Shown piece by piece: positions 19,619-29,310 of a DNA stretch of 64,000 nucleotides. Where the stretch lies: assembly GCA_963739655.1 (NCBI GenBank), contig CAVUAW010000016.1, forward strand, positions 8,318 to 72,317. The letters are read 5' to 3'. Origin of the DNA: an uncultured Bacillaceae bacterium. Its GTDB lineage: Bacteria; Bacillota; Bacilli; Bacillales; Guptibacillaceae. Below the pieces are notes generated by a model. The model was given only the letters and a program-made list of their open reading frames with translations, did no database searches and was not told where the DNA came from. The position numbers were made by a program, and so were the translations under genes. Within the stretch, counting starts at the first letter, position 1. Each line of letters starts with the position of its first letter.

Positions 19619-20371
19619 ATGGATGAAATTGCAGTAGGTTTACAGTTATACACGCTAAGAAATGAGTGTGAGAAAGATTTCTTTGCGACGCTAGAAAGAG
19701 TGGCTGGTATAGGGTATGAAGGGGTGGAATTAGCTGGTTTATATAGCCATCATCCTGAATCTGTGAAGAAAAAGCTGGATGAGCTTGATTTGGATGTTAT
19801 TGGTCATCATGTTCCGGTTGAGCGAATTGAAAAGGAACTTGAAACAGTCATTCAAGAGCAGAAAGCACTCGGAAATAGCCGTATTGTGTGTCCTTGGTTA
19901 CCGCCAGAAAGAAGAAGCCATGCCGATTTTCAAAAAGTAGCTCAGCTCATGAAAAAAGCTGCGATGGTTTGTGCCGACCACAATCTTGAACTTTGTTATC
20001 ACCACCATGATTTTGAACTTGGAAGAAACCTGGACGGAAGCGAATTGTATCATATTCTTCAAGCAGATCCATTAATCCAGGCAGAGTTTGATATCTATTG
20101 GCTGAACCAAGTGGGTCATGACCCAGTAGAATGGATGAAGCATTTCGCGGGAAGAGCTCCCATTATACATTTGAAAGATCGGTCGGATGATGATAGAGAA
20201 GCGACTGCGATTCTTGGTACAGGAAATATTCCAATCGAAGAAGTTATCGAGCAAGGACAGGCCTGTGGTGTAAAATGGTGGGTTGTTGAACAGGATGACT
20301 GTGATCAAGATCCAATTGAAAGTGTGACGCAGAGCTACCAGTATTTGCGGAAGGTACAACTTAAAAAGTAA
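19619..20371 (+). CDS. Sugar phosphate isomerase/epimerase family TIM barrel
   Basis: GLQLYTLR, YHHHDFE, EFDIYW, IHLKD and WWVVEQD metal-binding motifs. Confidence 0.85.
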   Translation: MDEIAVGLQLYTLRNECEKDFFATLERVAGIGYEGVELAGLYSHHPESVKKKLDELDLDVIGHHVPVERIEKELETVIQEQKALGNSRIVCPWLPPERRSHADFQKVAQLMKKAAMVCADHNLELCYHHHDFELGRNLDGSELYHILQADPLIQAEFDIYWLNQVGHDPVEWMKHFAGRAPIIHLKDRSDDDREATAILGTGNIPIEEVIEQGQACGVKWWVVEQDDCDQDPIESVTQSYQYLRKVQLKK

Positions 20372-20430
20372 AATGTTGAAAATATTCTAAAAATAGTGTT
20401 GAACATTCTGTGAACCTGATGTAAGATGAA

Positions 20431-20458
20431 TGTAATCGATTTCATGAAATCGATTACA
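20431..20458. promoter_or_regulatory. Tandem LacI-type operator (28-bp perfect palindrome)
   Basis: tgtaatcgatttca-tgaaatcgattaca immediately upstream of the LacI gene. Confidence 0.75.
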
Positions 20459-20500
20459 AAAGAAGGGAGGGTCTTTTGTACTTTCGGGGGAGGATGAAAC

Positions 20501-21490
20501 ATGGCAACAATTGCTGACGTCGCAAAGTATACTGGCTTATCAAGAGCGACTGTGTCTCGTGTTATCAATGATTATCCACACGTTTCTAAGGATAAGCGTC
20601 AATTAGTTCATGAGGCAATGAAAGAACTTGGATATTTTCCAAACACTTCTGCTAGAAATTTGAGAAATCGAAGAACCAATCTTGTGGCTGTATTAATCCC
20701 GAGGTTGACGAACCCATTTTTCACTTTAATTCTAGAGGGGATTGAAAAAATTGCTGAAGAAAATGGGTTTCAGCTGATTATTTGTCAGACAAAGTCGAGT
20801 AAGAAGAAAGAACTTGATTTCCTAAACCTGCTACAAACAAAGCAAGTTGATGGCGTGATATTTACTTCTATTGAAAATGAGTGGGAAGAAATTCAGCCCT
20901 ACACAGCACATGGACCCATTATTCTATGTAATGAGTATCATCACAATGCCACAGTACCGATGGTTCGATTGGATCAAGTCCAGGGTAGCTATTTAGGCAC
21001 GAAGCACCTGATTGACCAAGGATATACAAGACTAGCTTATTGTATGGGATCAACAAGTGGATTGTCTAACGATCGACGCAAGGGATTCTTTAAAGCAGTC
21101 GAAGAAGCAGGTCTGGATGTGAAACCAGAGTGGATCTTCCGAGATACATATACAATGGAAGATGGAGTGAAAACATTTCAAGCAATACTTAAGTTAACAG
21201 ATCGACCGACGGCAATTTTTACTGGCGGTGATGAGGTTGCAGCTGCAATGGTGAAAGAAGCAAAACGTAATGGGCTTGATGTCCCTGGGGATATTGCGAT
21301 CCTGGGCTTTGATGATCAGCCGATCGCACGCTTAATTGAACCTGAGCTAACAACCATTTATCAGCCAGGTGCAGAGATTGGCGGTCGCGCAATGCATATC
21401 TTTATCGACTGTTTAAAAGGAATTCATGAACGAACGAGTGAAAGTGTGATTGAGCTACCTCTCTCATTAGTTGTCCGGCAATCGACATAA
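20501..21490 (+). CDS. LacI family transcriptional regulator
   Basis: ATIADVAKYTGLSRATVSRVIN HTH; sugar-binding domain with GFDD. Confidence 0.95.
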   Translation: MATIADVAKYTGLSRATVSRVINDYPHVSKDKRQLVHEAMKELGYFPNTSARNLRNRRTNLVAVLIPRLTNPFFTLILEGIEKIAEENGFQLIICQTKSSKKKELDFLNLLQTKQVDGVIFTSIENEWEEIQPYTAHGPIILCNEYHHNATVPMVRLDQVQGSYLGTKHLIDQGYTRLAYCMGSTSGLSNDRRKGFFKAVEEAGLDVKPEWIFRDTYTMEDGVKTFQAILKLTDRPTAIFTGGDEVAAAMVKEAKRNGLDVPGDIAILGFDDQPIARLIEPELTTIYQPGAEIGGRAMHIFIDCLKGIHERTSESVIELPLSLVVRQST

Positions 21491-21500
21491 CTTCTATTTT

Positions 21501-21554
21501 TGTAAGCGTTATCTTTTATTTTTGAAATCGATTTCAATCGTGTGATCGGTTTCA
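21501..21554 (+). promoter_or_regulatory. cre-like site plus LacI operators upstream of the ABC operon
   Basis: tgtaagcgttatct (21501-21514), perfect ttgaaatcgatttcaa (21522-21537), degenerate tgtgatcggtttca (21541-21554). Confidence 0.65.
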
Positions 21555-21580
21555 ACCAAACTTAAGGGGGATTTATTATA

Positions 21581-22900
21581 ATGCGAATTTTGAAGAATAG
21601 TAAACTGCTTTTTATTGTCTTGGCCCTTATCCTCGTTCTTTCGGCGTGTAGTTCTTCAAACAATTCTTCTTCAAACAATAGTAGCAATAATTCCGGTGAT
21701 GAAAATGCAAGTTCAGGTGATGGAGAAAAGGTAAAAATCGTTTACGCACGTGGTAAAGATGCAACTGGTGCGACCGACGTGATGGTTGATGAATTTGAAA
21801 AACAGCATCCGAATATCGAAGTTGAATTCCGTGAGATGCCGACTGATACAGGTGCACAGCATGATGCTTACGTGACGATGCTAAACGCTGAATCATCTGA
21901 GATCGACGTTTTTGATATCGATGTGATCTGGCCAGCAGAATTTGCACAAGCAGGATATGTTCTTCCACTTGATCGCTTTATCCAAAAAGATTCCATTAAC
22001 ATGGATGACTATAACCAGGGTCCAGTAACTGCTGCAACTTTTAATGGTAAGCAGTGGGCTATGCCGAAATTCATTGATGCTGGTATGCTTTTCTACCGTT
22101 CTGATATGGTTTCTGATGCTCCGAAAACATGGGATGATCTTATGACTCAAGCTTCTGAACTCAAAGGTCAAGACGGCACGAAGTTTGGTTACCTCATGCA
22201 AGCGAAGCAGTACGAAGGTCTTGTCTGTAATGCTGTTGAGTTCGTAGCTTCTTATGGAGGAGCGTTTATTGATGAGAATGGTGAAGTTGTCATTAACAGC
22301 CCCGAAGCCATTAAAGGTCTGAGCAAACTTGTAGAAGTTGCAAACTCTGATTTTGTTCCAGGTAACATTAACACATTCACAGAAGTAGAATCTCACACGG
22401 CATTTATCGAAGGACAATCTCCATTTATTCGTAACTGGCCTTACCAATATGCGCTTGCTAACGATGAAGAACAGTCCAAAATTGTTGGTAACGTAGAAGT
22501 AGCTCCACTACCTGAAGGTGACGCAGGATCAGCTGCAGCACTTGGTGGCTGGATGGCAGCAATCAATAACTTCTCTGAGCATCCACAAGAATCATGGGAG
22601 TTCTTGAAGTTCATGACTGGACAAGAAGGACAGAAGATCGACGCAATTGAAGGTTCACACGCACCAACACTTCCAGCTCTATATGATGATCAAGAAATTA
22701 TCGATGCTAACCCATTCTTCGGCGAAGAAGGATTCCAAACTGCACTTGAAGCAGCCGTTTCTCGTCCAGTAGCACCAAACTACCCTGAAATCTCTGAAAT
22801 CATTCAAATCCACGTGTCTAAAGCGATTGCAGGAGAAGAAACTCCTGAGGAAGCAGCGGCAGCGATGGAGAAAGAAATGAAGGAAAAGCTAGTTAAGTAA
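21581..22900 (+). CDS. Carbohydrate ABC transporter substrate-binding lipoprotein
   Basis: Lipobox LSAC, Ser/Asn linker, DVIWPAEFA and FIRNWPY motifs (trehalose/maltose-binding type). Confidence 0.92.
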   Translation: MRILKNSKLLFIVLALILVLSACSSSNNSSSNNSSNNSGDENASSGDGEKVKIVYARGKDATGATDVMVDEFEKQHPNIEVEFREMPTDTGAQHDAYVTMLNAESSEIDVFDIDVIWPAEFAQAGYVLPLDRFIQKDSINMDDYNQGPVTAATFNGKQWAMPKFIDAGMLFYRSDMVSDAPKTWDDLMTQASELKGQDGTKFGYLMQAKQYEGLVCNAVEFVASYGGAFIDENGEVVINSPEAIKGLSKLVEVANSDFVPGNINTFTEVESHTAFIEGQSPFIRNWPYQYALANDEEQSKIVGNVEVAPLPEGDAGSAAALGGWMAAINNFSEHPQESWEFLKFMTGQEGQKIDAIEGSHAPTLPALYDDQEIIDANPFFGEEGFQTALEAAVSRPVAPNYPEISEIIQIHVSKAIAGEETPEEAAAAMEKEMKEKLVK

Positions 22901-22910
22901 ATGAGAAGCA

Positions 22911-22937
22911 CATTAGCCTTCATTTTGAAGGCTAATG
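22911..22937 (+). promoter_or_regulatory. Intercistronic hairpin after the binding-protein gene
   Basis: cattagccttc / gaaggctaatg; typical mRNA-stabilising or attenuating stem in CUT1 operons. Confidence 0.6.
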
Positions 22938-22964
22938 TCTTTCCTATAAGAGAGGAGCGGTGGT

Positions 22965-24317
22965 ATGCAAACAGATATCGATCCGAAAGAGCCGATCAAA
23001 GTAGACAACCAGCCAAAGAAGACAAAGAAGAAAAATAAAGATGCGTTTGTAGGTTATTTACTTGTTGCGCCAGCACTTATTTTAATTCTCGCAATTTCCA
23101 TTTGGCCAGTTTTTCAATCTTTTTATTTTAGTCTGTTCGATCTCCAGCTCAATGAACCAACAAAATCTTCTGTTCACCTGGACTATCAGATCGACCTAGA
23201 CCGTTATTTGCAAAACTATCCTTTCCTAATCGGAGCGATCGACTCTGAAATTAATAAAGGGAACTCAAGTGAAGAATTAACGGATATTAAATCAACCCTT
23301 GAAGATCTTGATGGAGGTATTAAAGAAGAACCAAAAGCAGAAGAGAACTATGATGCGATTAATGAAAAGCTAGATAAGTTTGAGAATATACCCGATGACA
23401 TGAAGTACGTCGAGATCGATGAAAAGGTTGCAGAGGATTTTACCACTTCTGTTAAAGGGATAAACGAGGATTTAAAAACCATTAATGAATCTGGCAATAT
23501 GGAGCAAGGAGATAAAATTGTTGGTTTATCATCGGCTCTTACTGAAATTGTCGTTAAACCCAACTTTATTGGATTGGATCATTATAAAGACAATTTAACG
23601 GATCAACGGATGTGGAAATCACTCTGGAATACAAGTGTTTTTACCTTCATTTCTGTGCTAGCTGAGCTACTACTTGGTCTTGCGATTGCTTTACTGATTA
23701 ATAAGGCTTTCCTTGGAAGAGGATTAATTCGTGCAAGTATTCTTATTCCTTGGGCTATTCCGACAGCGGTTGCTGCCATGATGTGGAAGTTTCTCTATGA
23801 TGGGCAGAACGGAATAGTCGCAAAGCTTTTTGAAGACTTCGGACTCGTCGATCGAATGGCGATGCTTTTGACAACAGACACCGGAGCAATGTTCTCCGTT
23901 ATCTTCGCGGATGTGTGGAAAACGACTCCTTATATGGCCCTCCTGCTACTAGCGGGATTGCAGACGATCCCATCATCACTTTATGAAGCTGCTGCCATAG
24001 ACGGAGCGAATAAATGGAAGCAGTTCGTAACAGTCACGCTGCCCCTCCTTAAAACAAGCCTTCTCGTCGCGCTATTATTCCGTACGCTTGATGCGTTCCG
24101 AGTGTTCGACTTGATTTTCGTATTAACTGGCGGTGGTCCTGCGAACTCAACGGAAACGATATCGATGCTCGCTTATAAAACCATGTTTAAGCAAACAGAT
24201 TTTGGAGATGGATCCGCGATTTCAGTTATCGTTTTTCTCTGTGTAGCGATCATCTCAGCAATCTTTATAAAGTTACTAGGTTCAGAATTAATCAATGATG
24301 GAACTGGTAAGAAATGA
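22965..24317 (+). CDS. Carbohydrate ABC permease (MalF type) with a large extracytoplasmic insertion
   Basis: NFIGLDHY, LYEAAAIDGA (EAA loop); about 135 extra aa after TM1. Confidence 0.9.
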   Translation: MQTDIDPKEPIKVDNQPKKTKKKNKDAFVGYLLVAPALILILAISIWPVFQSFYFSLFDLQLNEPTKSSVHLDYQIDLDRYLQNYPFLIGAIDSEINKGNSSEELTDIKSTLEDLDGGIKEEPKAEENYDAINEKLDKFENIPDDMKYVEIDEKVAEDFTTSVKGINEDLKTINESGNMEQGDKIVGLSSALTEIVVKPNFIGLDHYKDNLTDQRMWKSLWNTSVFTFISVLAELLLGLAIALLINKAFLGRGLIRASILIPWAIPTAVAAMMWKFLYDGQNGIVAKLFEDFGLVDRMAMLLTTDTGAMFSVIFADVWKTTPYMALLLLAGLQTIPSSLYEAAAIDGANKWKQFVTVTLPLLKTSLLVALLFRTLDAFRVFDLIFVLTGGGPANSTETISMLAYKTMFKQTDFGDGSAISVIVFLCVAIISAIFIKLLGSELINDGTGKK

Positions 24318-24353
24318 GAATATATCTTATGATGAAGAAGGAGGGCCAGCCAG

Positions 24354-25181
24354 ATGAATAAGAAAGCGGGACCGATGTTTTATGTGTTCCTAGTCGTGTT
24401 TGTCTTTGTAGTGATGTTTCCGTTCTTATGGATGCTAGCGAGTTCGATTAAACCGCTGTCCGAGCTCTTTGGTGATAAAGCGTTTACTCCGTTTACCGAT
24501 AATCCAACTCTACAAAGTTATGTATCCGTTTTCGTAGATTATCCTTTCCTTCGCTATCTTTGGAATAGTACCGTTGTTGCAACGATCACGACTGTTTATA
24601 CCGTACTTGTTGCATCCTTCGCTGCTTATTCGATTGCGCGTCTGAATTTTAGAGGGAAGTCAATTATTTTAGGTGTCGTGCTTTCTGTTTCGATGTTTCC
24701 GCAGGTTGCGACCATTTCACCGATCTATATTTTCTTGAAAAACCTAGGACTTACAAATAGTTACCTGGGATTGATCATCCCATATACCACGATCACGCTT
24801 CCGTTATCTATCTGGCTTCTTGTAACGTTCTTCCGAAAGATTCCATTCGATCTTGAAGAAGCAGCCAAAATCGATGGAGCTTCATTATGGCAAACGTATT
24901 GGAAAGTGATCATGCCACTTGCCGTACCTGGAATTTTCACGACAGCGATTCTTGCCTTTATTGCTGCATGGAATGAATTCCTGTTTGCGTTGACAATCAA
25001 TACAGCAGATAAATATAAAACAGTTCCTGTCGGAATTGCCTTATTTCAAGGGCAGTACACGATTCCATGGGGTGAGATTTCAGCAGCAACAGTAGTCGTT
25101 ACGGTGCCGCTGGTCATTATGGTTCTGATCTTCCAACGAAGAATCGTATCAGGTTTAACATCAGGTTCAGTAAAAGAATAG
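24354..25181 (+). CDS. Carbohydrate ABC permease (MalG type)
   Basis: LEEAAKIDGA EAA loop, WNEFLFA. Confidence 0.92.
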   Translation: MNKKAGPMFYVFLVVFVFVVMFPFLWMLASSIKPLSELFGDKAFTPFTDNPTLQSYVSVFVDYPFLRYLWNSTVVATITTVYTVLVASFAAYSIARLNFRGKSIILGVVLSVSMFPQVATISPIYIFLKNLGLTNSYLGLIIPYTTITLPLSIWLLVTFFRKIPFDLEEAAKIDGASLWQTYWKVIMPLAVPGIFTTAILAFIAAWNEFLFALTINTADKYKTVPVGIALFQGQYTIPWGEISAATVVVTVPLVIMVLIFQRRIVSGLTSGSVKE

Positions 25182-25202
25182 ATAAAATAGGAGTGGATAT
25201 TA

Positions 25203-25922
25203 ATGCTTAACGTAACTGTATGGAATGAAAATCGTCACGAACAGAGCAGTGAGGAAGTCCGGAATGTTTATCCAAACGGCATTCATGGTGCGATTGCTGA
25301 ATTTCTGAAAGAAGAATTTGACGTGAGAACAGCAACATTGGACGAACCGGAGCATGGCTTATCTGAAGAAGTGTTGAACAGTACCGATGTTCTCCTTTGG
25401 TGGGGACATATCGCACATGAAGAAGTATCAGATGAGATCGTTAATCGCGTTCATCAACGAGTACTCGATGGCATGGGACTGATCGTTCTTCACTCAGGTC
25501 ACTTCTCGAAAATCTTCAAAAAACTAATGGGTACAGGATGCGACTTAAAATGGCGTGAAGCTGATGAGAAAGAGAGAATGTGGATTGTCGATCCAACGCA
25601 TCCGATCGCAGAAGGTCTTGGAGAAAAAATTGAGCTTGAGCGAGAAGAAATGTATGGAGAGCATTTCGATATCCCGGCTCCTGATGAACTTGTTTTTGTA
25701 AGCTGGTTTGAAGGCGGCGAGGTATTTAGAAGCGGCTGTACATACAAACGTGGCCAGGGGAAGGTATTCTATTTTAGACCTGGGCACGAAACCTATCCAA
25801 CTTATTATCACAAAGATATTCAACGTGTATTAAAGAATGCTGTAGCGTGGGCTAAACCTACGACTCTAGCAAAACCAACTTATGGAAATGCACAGCCGCT
25901 CGAAACCATTACATCTAAATAA
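25203..25922 (+). CDS. thuA: ThuA trehalose-utilisation protein
   Basis: [38 protein letters not shown] and FRPGHETYP motifs. Confidence 0.9.
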   Translation: MLNVTVWNENRHEQSSEEVRNVYPNGIHGAIAEFLKEEFDVRTATLDEPEHGLSEEVLNSTDVLLWWGHIAHEEVSDEIVNRVHQRVLDGMGLIVLHSGHFSKIFKKLMGTGCDLKWREADEKERMWIVDPTHPIAEGLGEKIELEREEMYGEHFDIPAPDELVFVSWFEGGEVFRSGCTYKRGQGKVFYFRPGHETYPTYYHKDIQRVLKNAVAWAKPTTLAKPTYGNAQPLETITSK

Positions 25923-25946
25923 AAGAAAGATAGAGGAGGAGAAACC

Positions 25947-26975
25947 ATGAATAGATTAAAAGTAGGCGTTATCGGATGTGGCAGTATTGCAAAGCATCGA
26001 CACTTGCCGGAATACGCAGCAAATACACAAATAGAAATTGCTGCGGTGTGCGATATTGTTAAGACTCGAGCTGATGAGATTGCAGCCCTCTATGGTGCTG
26101 TAGCTTATGAACGATTTGAAGAACTGCTTCAGAACGAAGAGATCGATGCAGTTAGTGTATGTACACCGAATTACTTGCACGCTCCGATCTCCATTGCTGC
26201 ATTAAAAGCCGGAAAGCACGTGCTCTGTGAAAAGCCAATGGCAACGTCACGAGTAGATGCTGAAAAGATGATCGAAACAGCCAGCACGAGCGAAAAGAAG
26301 CTAATGATTGCTCATAACCAGCGTTTTGTTCCTTCACATGAAAAGGCAAGAGAAATTCTGGCGAGCGGTGAAGTAGGTAAGATCTATAGCTTTCGAACAG
26401 CATTCGGACATCCTGGACCTGAAGGATGGAGTGTTGACGGCAAGGAAAGCTGGTTCTTTGAGAAAGAGAAAGCATTTATTGGAGCAATGGGAGATCTCGG
26501 TGTTCATAAAACAGATCTTATCCGTTATTTGTTAGGTGAAGAGATTGTAGAAGTAGGTTCTTTTGTGGAAACAAGTGCGAAAGAATTTGCAACGGTTGAT
26601 GATAATGCGGTCTGTATTTTGAAATCGGAGAGCGGAATTATTGGCACGCTAGCAGCAAGTTGGGCATACACAGCGAAAGAAGATAACTCGACGATCATCT
26701 ATGCAGAAAAAGCAATTCTTAGATTGGAAGATGATCCAGTGAATTCACTCGTTGTACAATACCAAACAGGTGAAACCGTGAAATATGAGCTTGGTGGTAT
26801 TCAGACGAATGATAATGGAGGTCAATCTAGTTCACAGGTAATTGATCATTTCGTCGATAGTATCCTTTTGAATCAAGACGTACCAGTAAGCGGGACAGAG
26901 GGAATGAATTCTCTTCAAGTTGTTCTTGCGGCACTTGAATCAAATGAAACAAAGAAAATCATTAACCTGAGGTGA
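25947..26975 (+). CDS. Gfo/Idh/MocA family oxidoreductase
   Basis: GVIGCGSIA, VCTPNYLH, CEKP, DLGVHKTD motifs. Confidence 0.92.
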   Translation: MNRLKVGVIGCGSIAKHRHLPEYAANTQIEIAAVCDIVKTRADEIAALYGAVAYERFEELLQNEEIDAVSVCTPNYLHAPISIAALKAGKHVLCEKPMATSRVDAEKMIETASTSEKKLMIAHNQRFVPSHEKAREILASGEVGKIYSFRTAFGHPGPEGWSVDGKESWFFEKEKAFIGAMGDLGVHKTDLIRYLLGEEIVEVGSFVETSAKEFATVDDNAVCILKSESGIIGTLAASWAYTAKEDNSTIIYAEKAILRLEDDPVNSLVVQYQTGETVKYELGGIQTNDNGGQSSSQVIDHFVDSILLNQDVPVSGTEGMNSLQVVLAALESNETKKIINLR

Positions 26976-26979
26976 TCAC

Positions 26980-28020
26980 GTGACTAAATTACGAATGGGA
27001 ATTATCGGGTCTGGTGGCATCGCGCAGTCCCGTCATATCCCAGCTTACCAACAGCTCGCCGAACAGGTAGAGTTGTTTGGTGTTTATGATGTTGACTATG
27101 AGAGAGCGAAGCAAGCTTCTGTGTCGTTTCATATCACCAATGTGTACGAGCACGTCTCAGATCTGTTAAAGGAAGTAGATGCGGTCACAATTTGTACCCC
27201 GAACAAATTCCATGCTGACCTCGCTATACAGGCTCTTAAGGCAGGAGTGCATGTGCTCTGTGAAAAACCGATGGCAATGACGGTTGAAGAGTGTGATCGG
27301 ATGATCGAAGCAGAAAAAGAGTCTGGTAAAATTCTTTCGATTGGTTACCATTATCGCTTTATGAAGGAACCGCGTGCAGCACGTCAGGTAATACAAGAAA
27401 AAGAAATTGGCGATCCGTTGGTTGCGCGAATACAAGCCCTTCGTCGGAGAAAAGTTCCAGGCTGGGGAGTGTTTACGAATAAACAGCTGCAGGGTGGCGG
27501 TAGTTTAATTGATTACGGCTGTCATTTCCTAGATCTAAGTATGTGGCTCATGGGAAATCCGAAGCCAGTGGAAGTATCAGGAACAACGTACAACAGATTG
27601 AGCAAAACTCCTGAACAAGTTAATTTATGGGGAGCTTTTGATCATGAAACGTTCGATGTAGACGATCATGTGACGGCGTATATTAAATTTGATAACAACG
27701 TTTCGATGCTCTTTGAAACGTCATGGTCTGCCAATATTGCTGAAGATAAAGAGTCGGTTAGTATTTCTGGGAGTGATGGTGGCCTGGATGTGTTTCCTTT
27801 TCAATTGAACAAAGCACAGTATGGCATGCTCTTAAACAGCAGTAGCCAATGGGTTCCAGGAGAAGAAGATCCTGGATTGCCTCAGGCTGCGAACTTTATA
27901 AACAGTTGCCTGGGACTTGAAGAATCTATTGTGAAAGCGGAAGAAGCTCGAACTGTATCTCAGGTTATTGCAGCGATCTATGAAAGCTGTGCGACTGGAA
28001 GAAGCGTTCGTCTCGATTAA
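26980..28020 (+). CDS. Gfo/Idh/MocA family oxidoreductase
   Basis: GIIGSGGIA, CTPNKFH, CEKP, GGGSLIDYGCHFLD motifs. Confidence 0.92.
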   Translation: MTKLRMGIIGSGGIAQSRHIPAYQQLAEQVELFGVYDVDYERAKQASVSFHITNVYEHVSDLLKEVDAVTICTPNKFHADLAIQALKAGVHVLCEKPMAMTVEECDRMIEAEKESGKILSIGYHYRFMKEPRAARQVIQEKEIGDPLVARIQALRRRKVPGWGVFTNKQLQGGGSLIDYGCHFLDLSMWLMGNPKPVEVSGTTYNRLSKTPEQVNLWGAFDHETFDVDDHVTAYIKFDNNVSMLFETSWSANIAEDKESVSISGSDGGLDVFPFQLNKAQYGMLLNSSSQWVPGEEDPGLPQAANFINSCLGLEESIVKAEEARTVSQVIAAIYESCATGRSVRLD

Positions 28021-28047
28021 TCTCACACAAACGATAGGAGTGGTCAT

Positions 28048-29016
28048 ATGAAACTTGGCGTATTCACAGTATTATTCTCAGATAAATCTTTTGAAGATAT
28101 GCTCGATCATGCAAAAGCATCTGGACTAAAAGCGGTGGAAATCGGGACTGGTGGTTACCCGGGGGATGCTCATTGTAATCTGGATGAGCTATTAAACAGT
28201 GAGGAAAAGAGGTCAGAATACCTTGAAAAAGTTCAATCACGAGGTCTTGAAATCAGTGCCTTTAGCTGTCACGGGAATCCAATCTCACCAGACAAAAAGT
28301 TCGCTGAACAATGCCATGATACCTTCGTAAAAACAGTGAAACTGGCTTCTGCCATGAACGTTCCTGTTGTCAATTGCTTCTCAGGTACACCTGGCGATAG
28401 CGAAGATGCGAAAAATCCGAATTGGCCGGTCACACCCTGGCCAGCTGAATATTCAGATGTATTGAAATGGCAGTGGGAAGAAAAGCTTGTTCCTTATTGG
28501 AAGGAGTGGGGGCAGTTTGCGAAGGACCATAATGTCAAAATCGGTCTTGAACTTCATGGTGGTTTTCTAGTACATACGCCGTACACGATGCTTAAACTCC
28601 GTGAGTTAACATGTGATGCTGTTGGAGCTAACCTTGATCCTAGTCACATGTGGTGGCAGGGAATCGATCCTGTGGCAGCCATTAAAATTCTCGGGAAAGA
28701 AAACGCAATCCACCATTTCCATGCGAAAGATACGTATATCGACCAGGATAATGTGAACATGCACGGGTTAACAGACATGCAGCCTTATGGTGATGTGAAA
28801 ACACGCGCTTGGACGTTCCGTTCCGTTGGGTGCGGACATAGCAACCAGGAATGGTCTAATATGATGAGTGCTCTCCGTACTTATGGGTATGATCACGTTG
28901 TCAGTATTGAACATGAAGATCCATTAATGTCGATCGATGAAGGCTTCCAAACGGCTGTTAAGAATCTTCAATCAGTTTTAATCGTTGATCAGCCAACGGA
29001 GATGTGGTGGGCTTAA
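28048..29016 (+). CDS. Sugar phosphate isomerase/epimerase family TIM barrel (possible ketoglycoside lyase/hydratase)
   Basis: MKLGVFTVLF, ELHGG, NLDPSH, HFHAKD and SIEHED motifs. Confidence 0.85.
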   Translation: MKLGVFTVLFSDKSFEDMLDHAKASGLKAVEIGTGGYPGDAHCNLDELLNSEEKRSEYLEKVQSRGLEISAFSCHGNPISPDKKFAEQCHDTFVKTVKLASAMNVPVVNCFSGTPGDSEDAKNPNWPVTPWPAEYSDVLKWQWEEKLVPYWKEWGQFAKDHNVKIGLELHGGFLVHTPYTMLKLRELTCDAVGANLDPSHMWWQGIDPVAAIKILGKENAIHHFHAKDTYIDQDNVNMHGLTDMQPYGDVKTRAWTFRSVGCGHSNQEWSNMMSALRTYGYDHVVSIEHEDPLMSIDEGFQTAVKNLQSVLIVDQPTEMWWA

Positions 29017-29028
29017 GTTTATTTATAA

Positions 29029-29257
29029 GGCTCTTTTCGTAAACATTGTTGCTATACGAGTGGGGAATTTCCGCTTCAGGATGCTCGCTTTCCGCGGGGC
29101 GGGCGCTGAGCCTCCTCGGCGCACTGAAGCATTGCGCCTGTGGGGTTCACCTGTCCCGCTAGTCCCGCAGGAGTCGAGCACCTTCCGCTCCAATCAGCTA
29201 AGTGTGGTTCTTTATACAATAATTCTTTCAAAAACAACAATCTTTGAGAAAAGAGCC
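29029..29257. mobile_element. MITE, full-length copy (229 bp) with 23-bp imperfect TIRs and 8-bp TSD ATTTATAA
   Basis: Left ggctcttttcgtaaacattgttg vs reverse complement of right end ggctcttttctcaaagattgttg (20/23); ATTTATAA at 29021-29028 and 29258-29265; no transposase. Confidence 0.85.
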
Positions 29258-29265
29258 ATTTATAA

Positions 29266-29300
29266 AGAACCCCCGATGCTTAGTAGCATCGGGGGTTCTG
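29266..29300. terminator. Bidirectional terminator
   Basis: agaacccccgatgct-tagt-agcatcgggggttct. Confidence 0.75.
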
Positions 29301-29310
29301 CTTCATTCTC

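Noticed and set aside
21648-21705. Ser/Asn-rich repetitive stretch
   Set aside because: Ordinary flexible linker after the lipobox of a binding protein
21581-25181. Missing ATPase genes in the sugar ABC operon (and no modC beside modAB)
   Set aside because: Normal in Bacillaceae, where shared ATPases such as MsmX are encoded elsewhere
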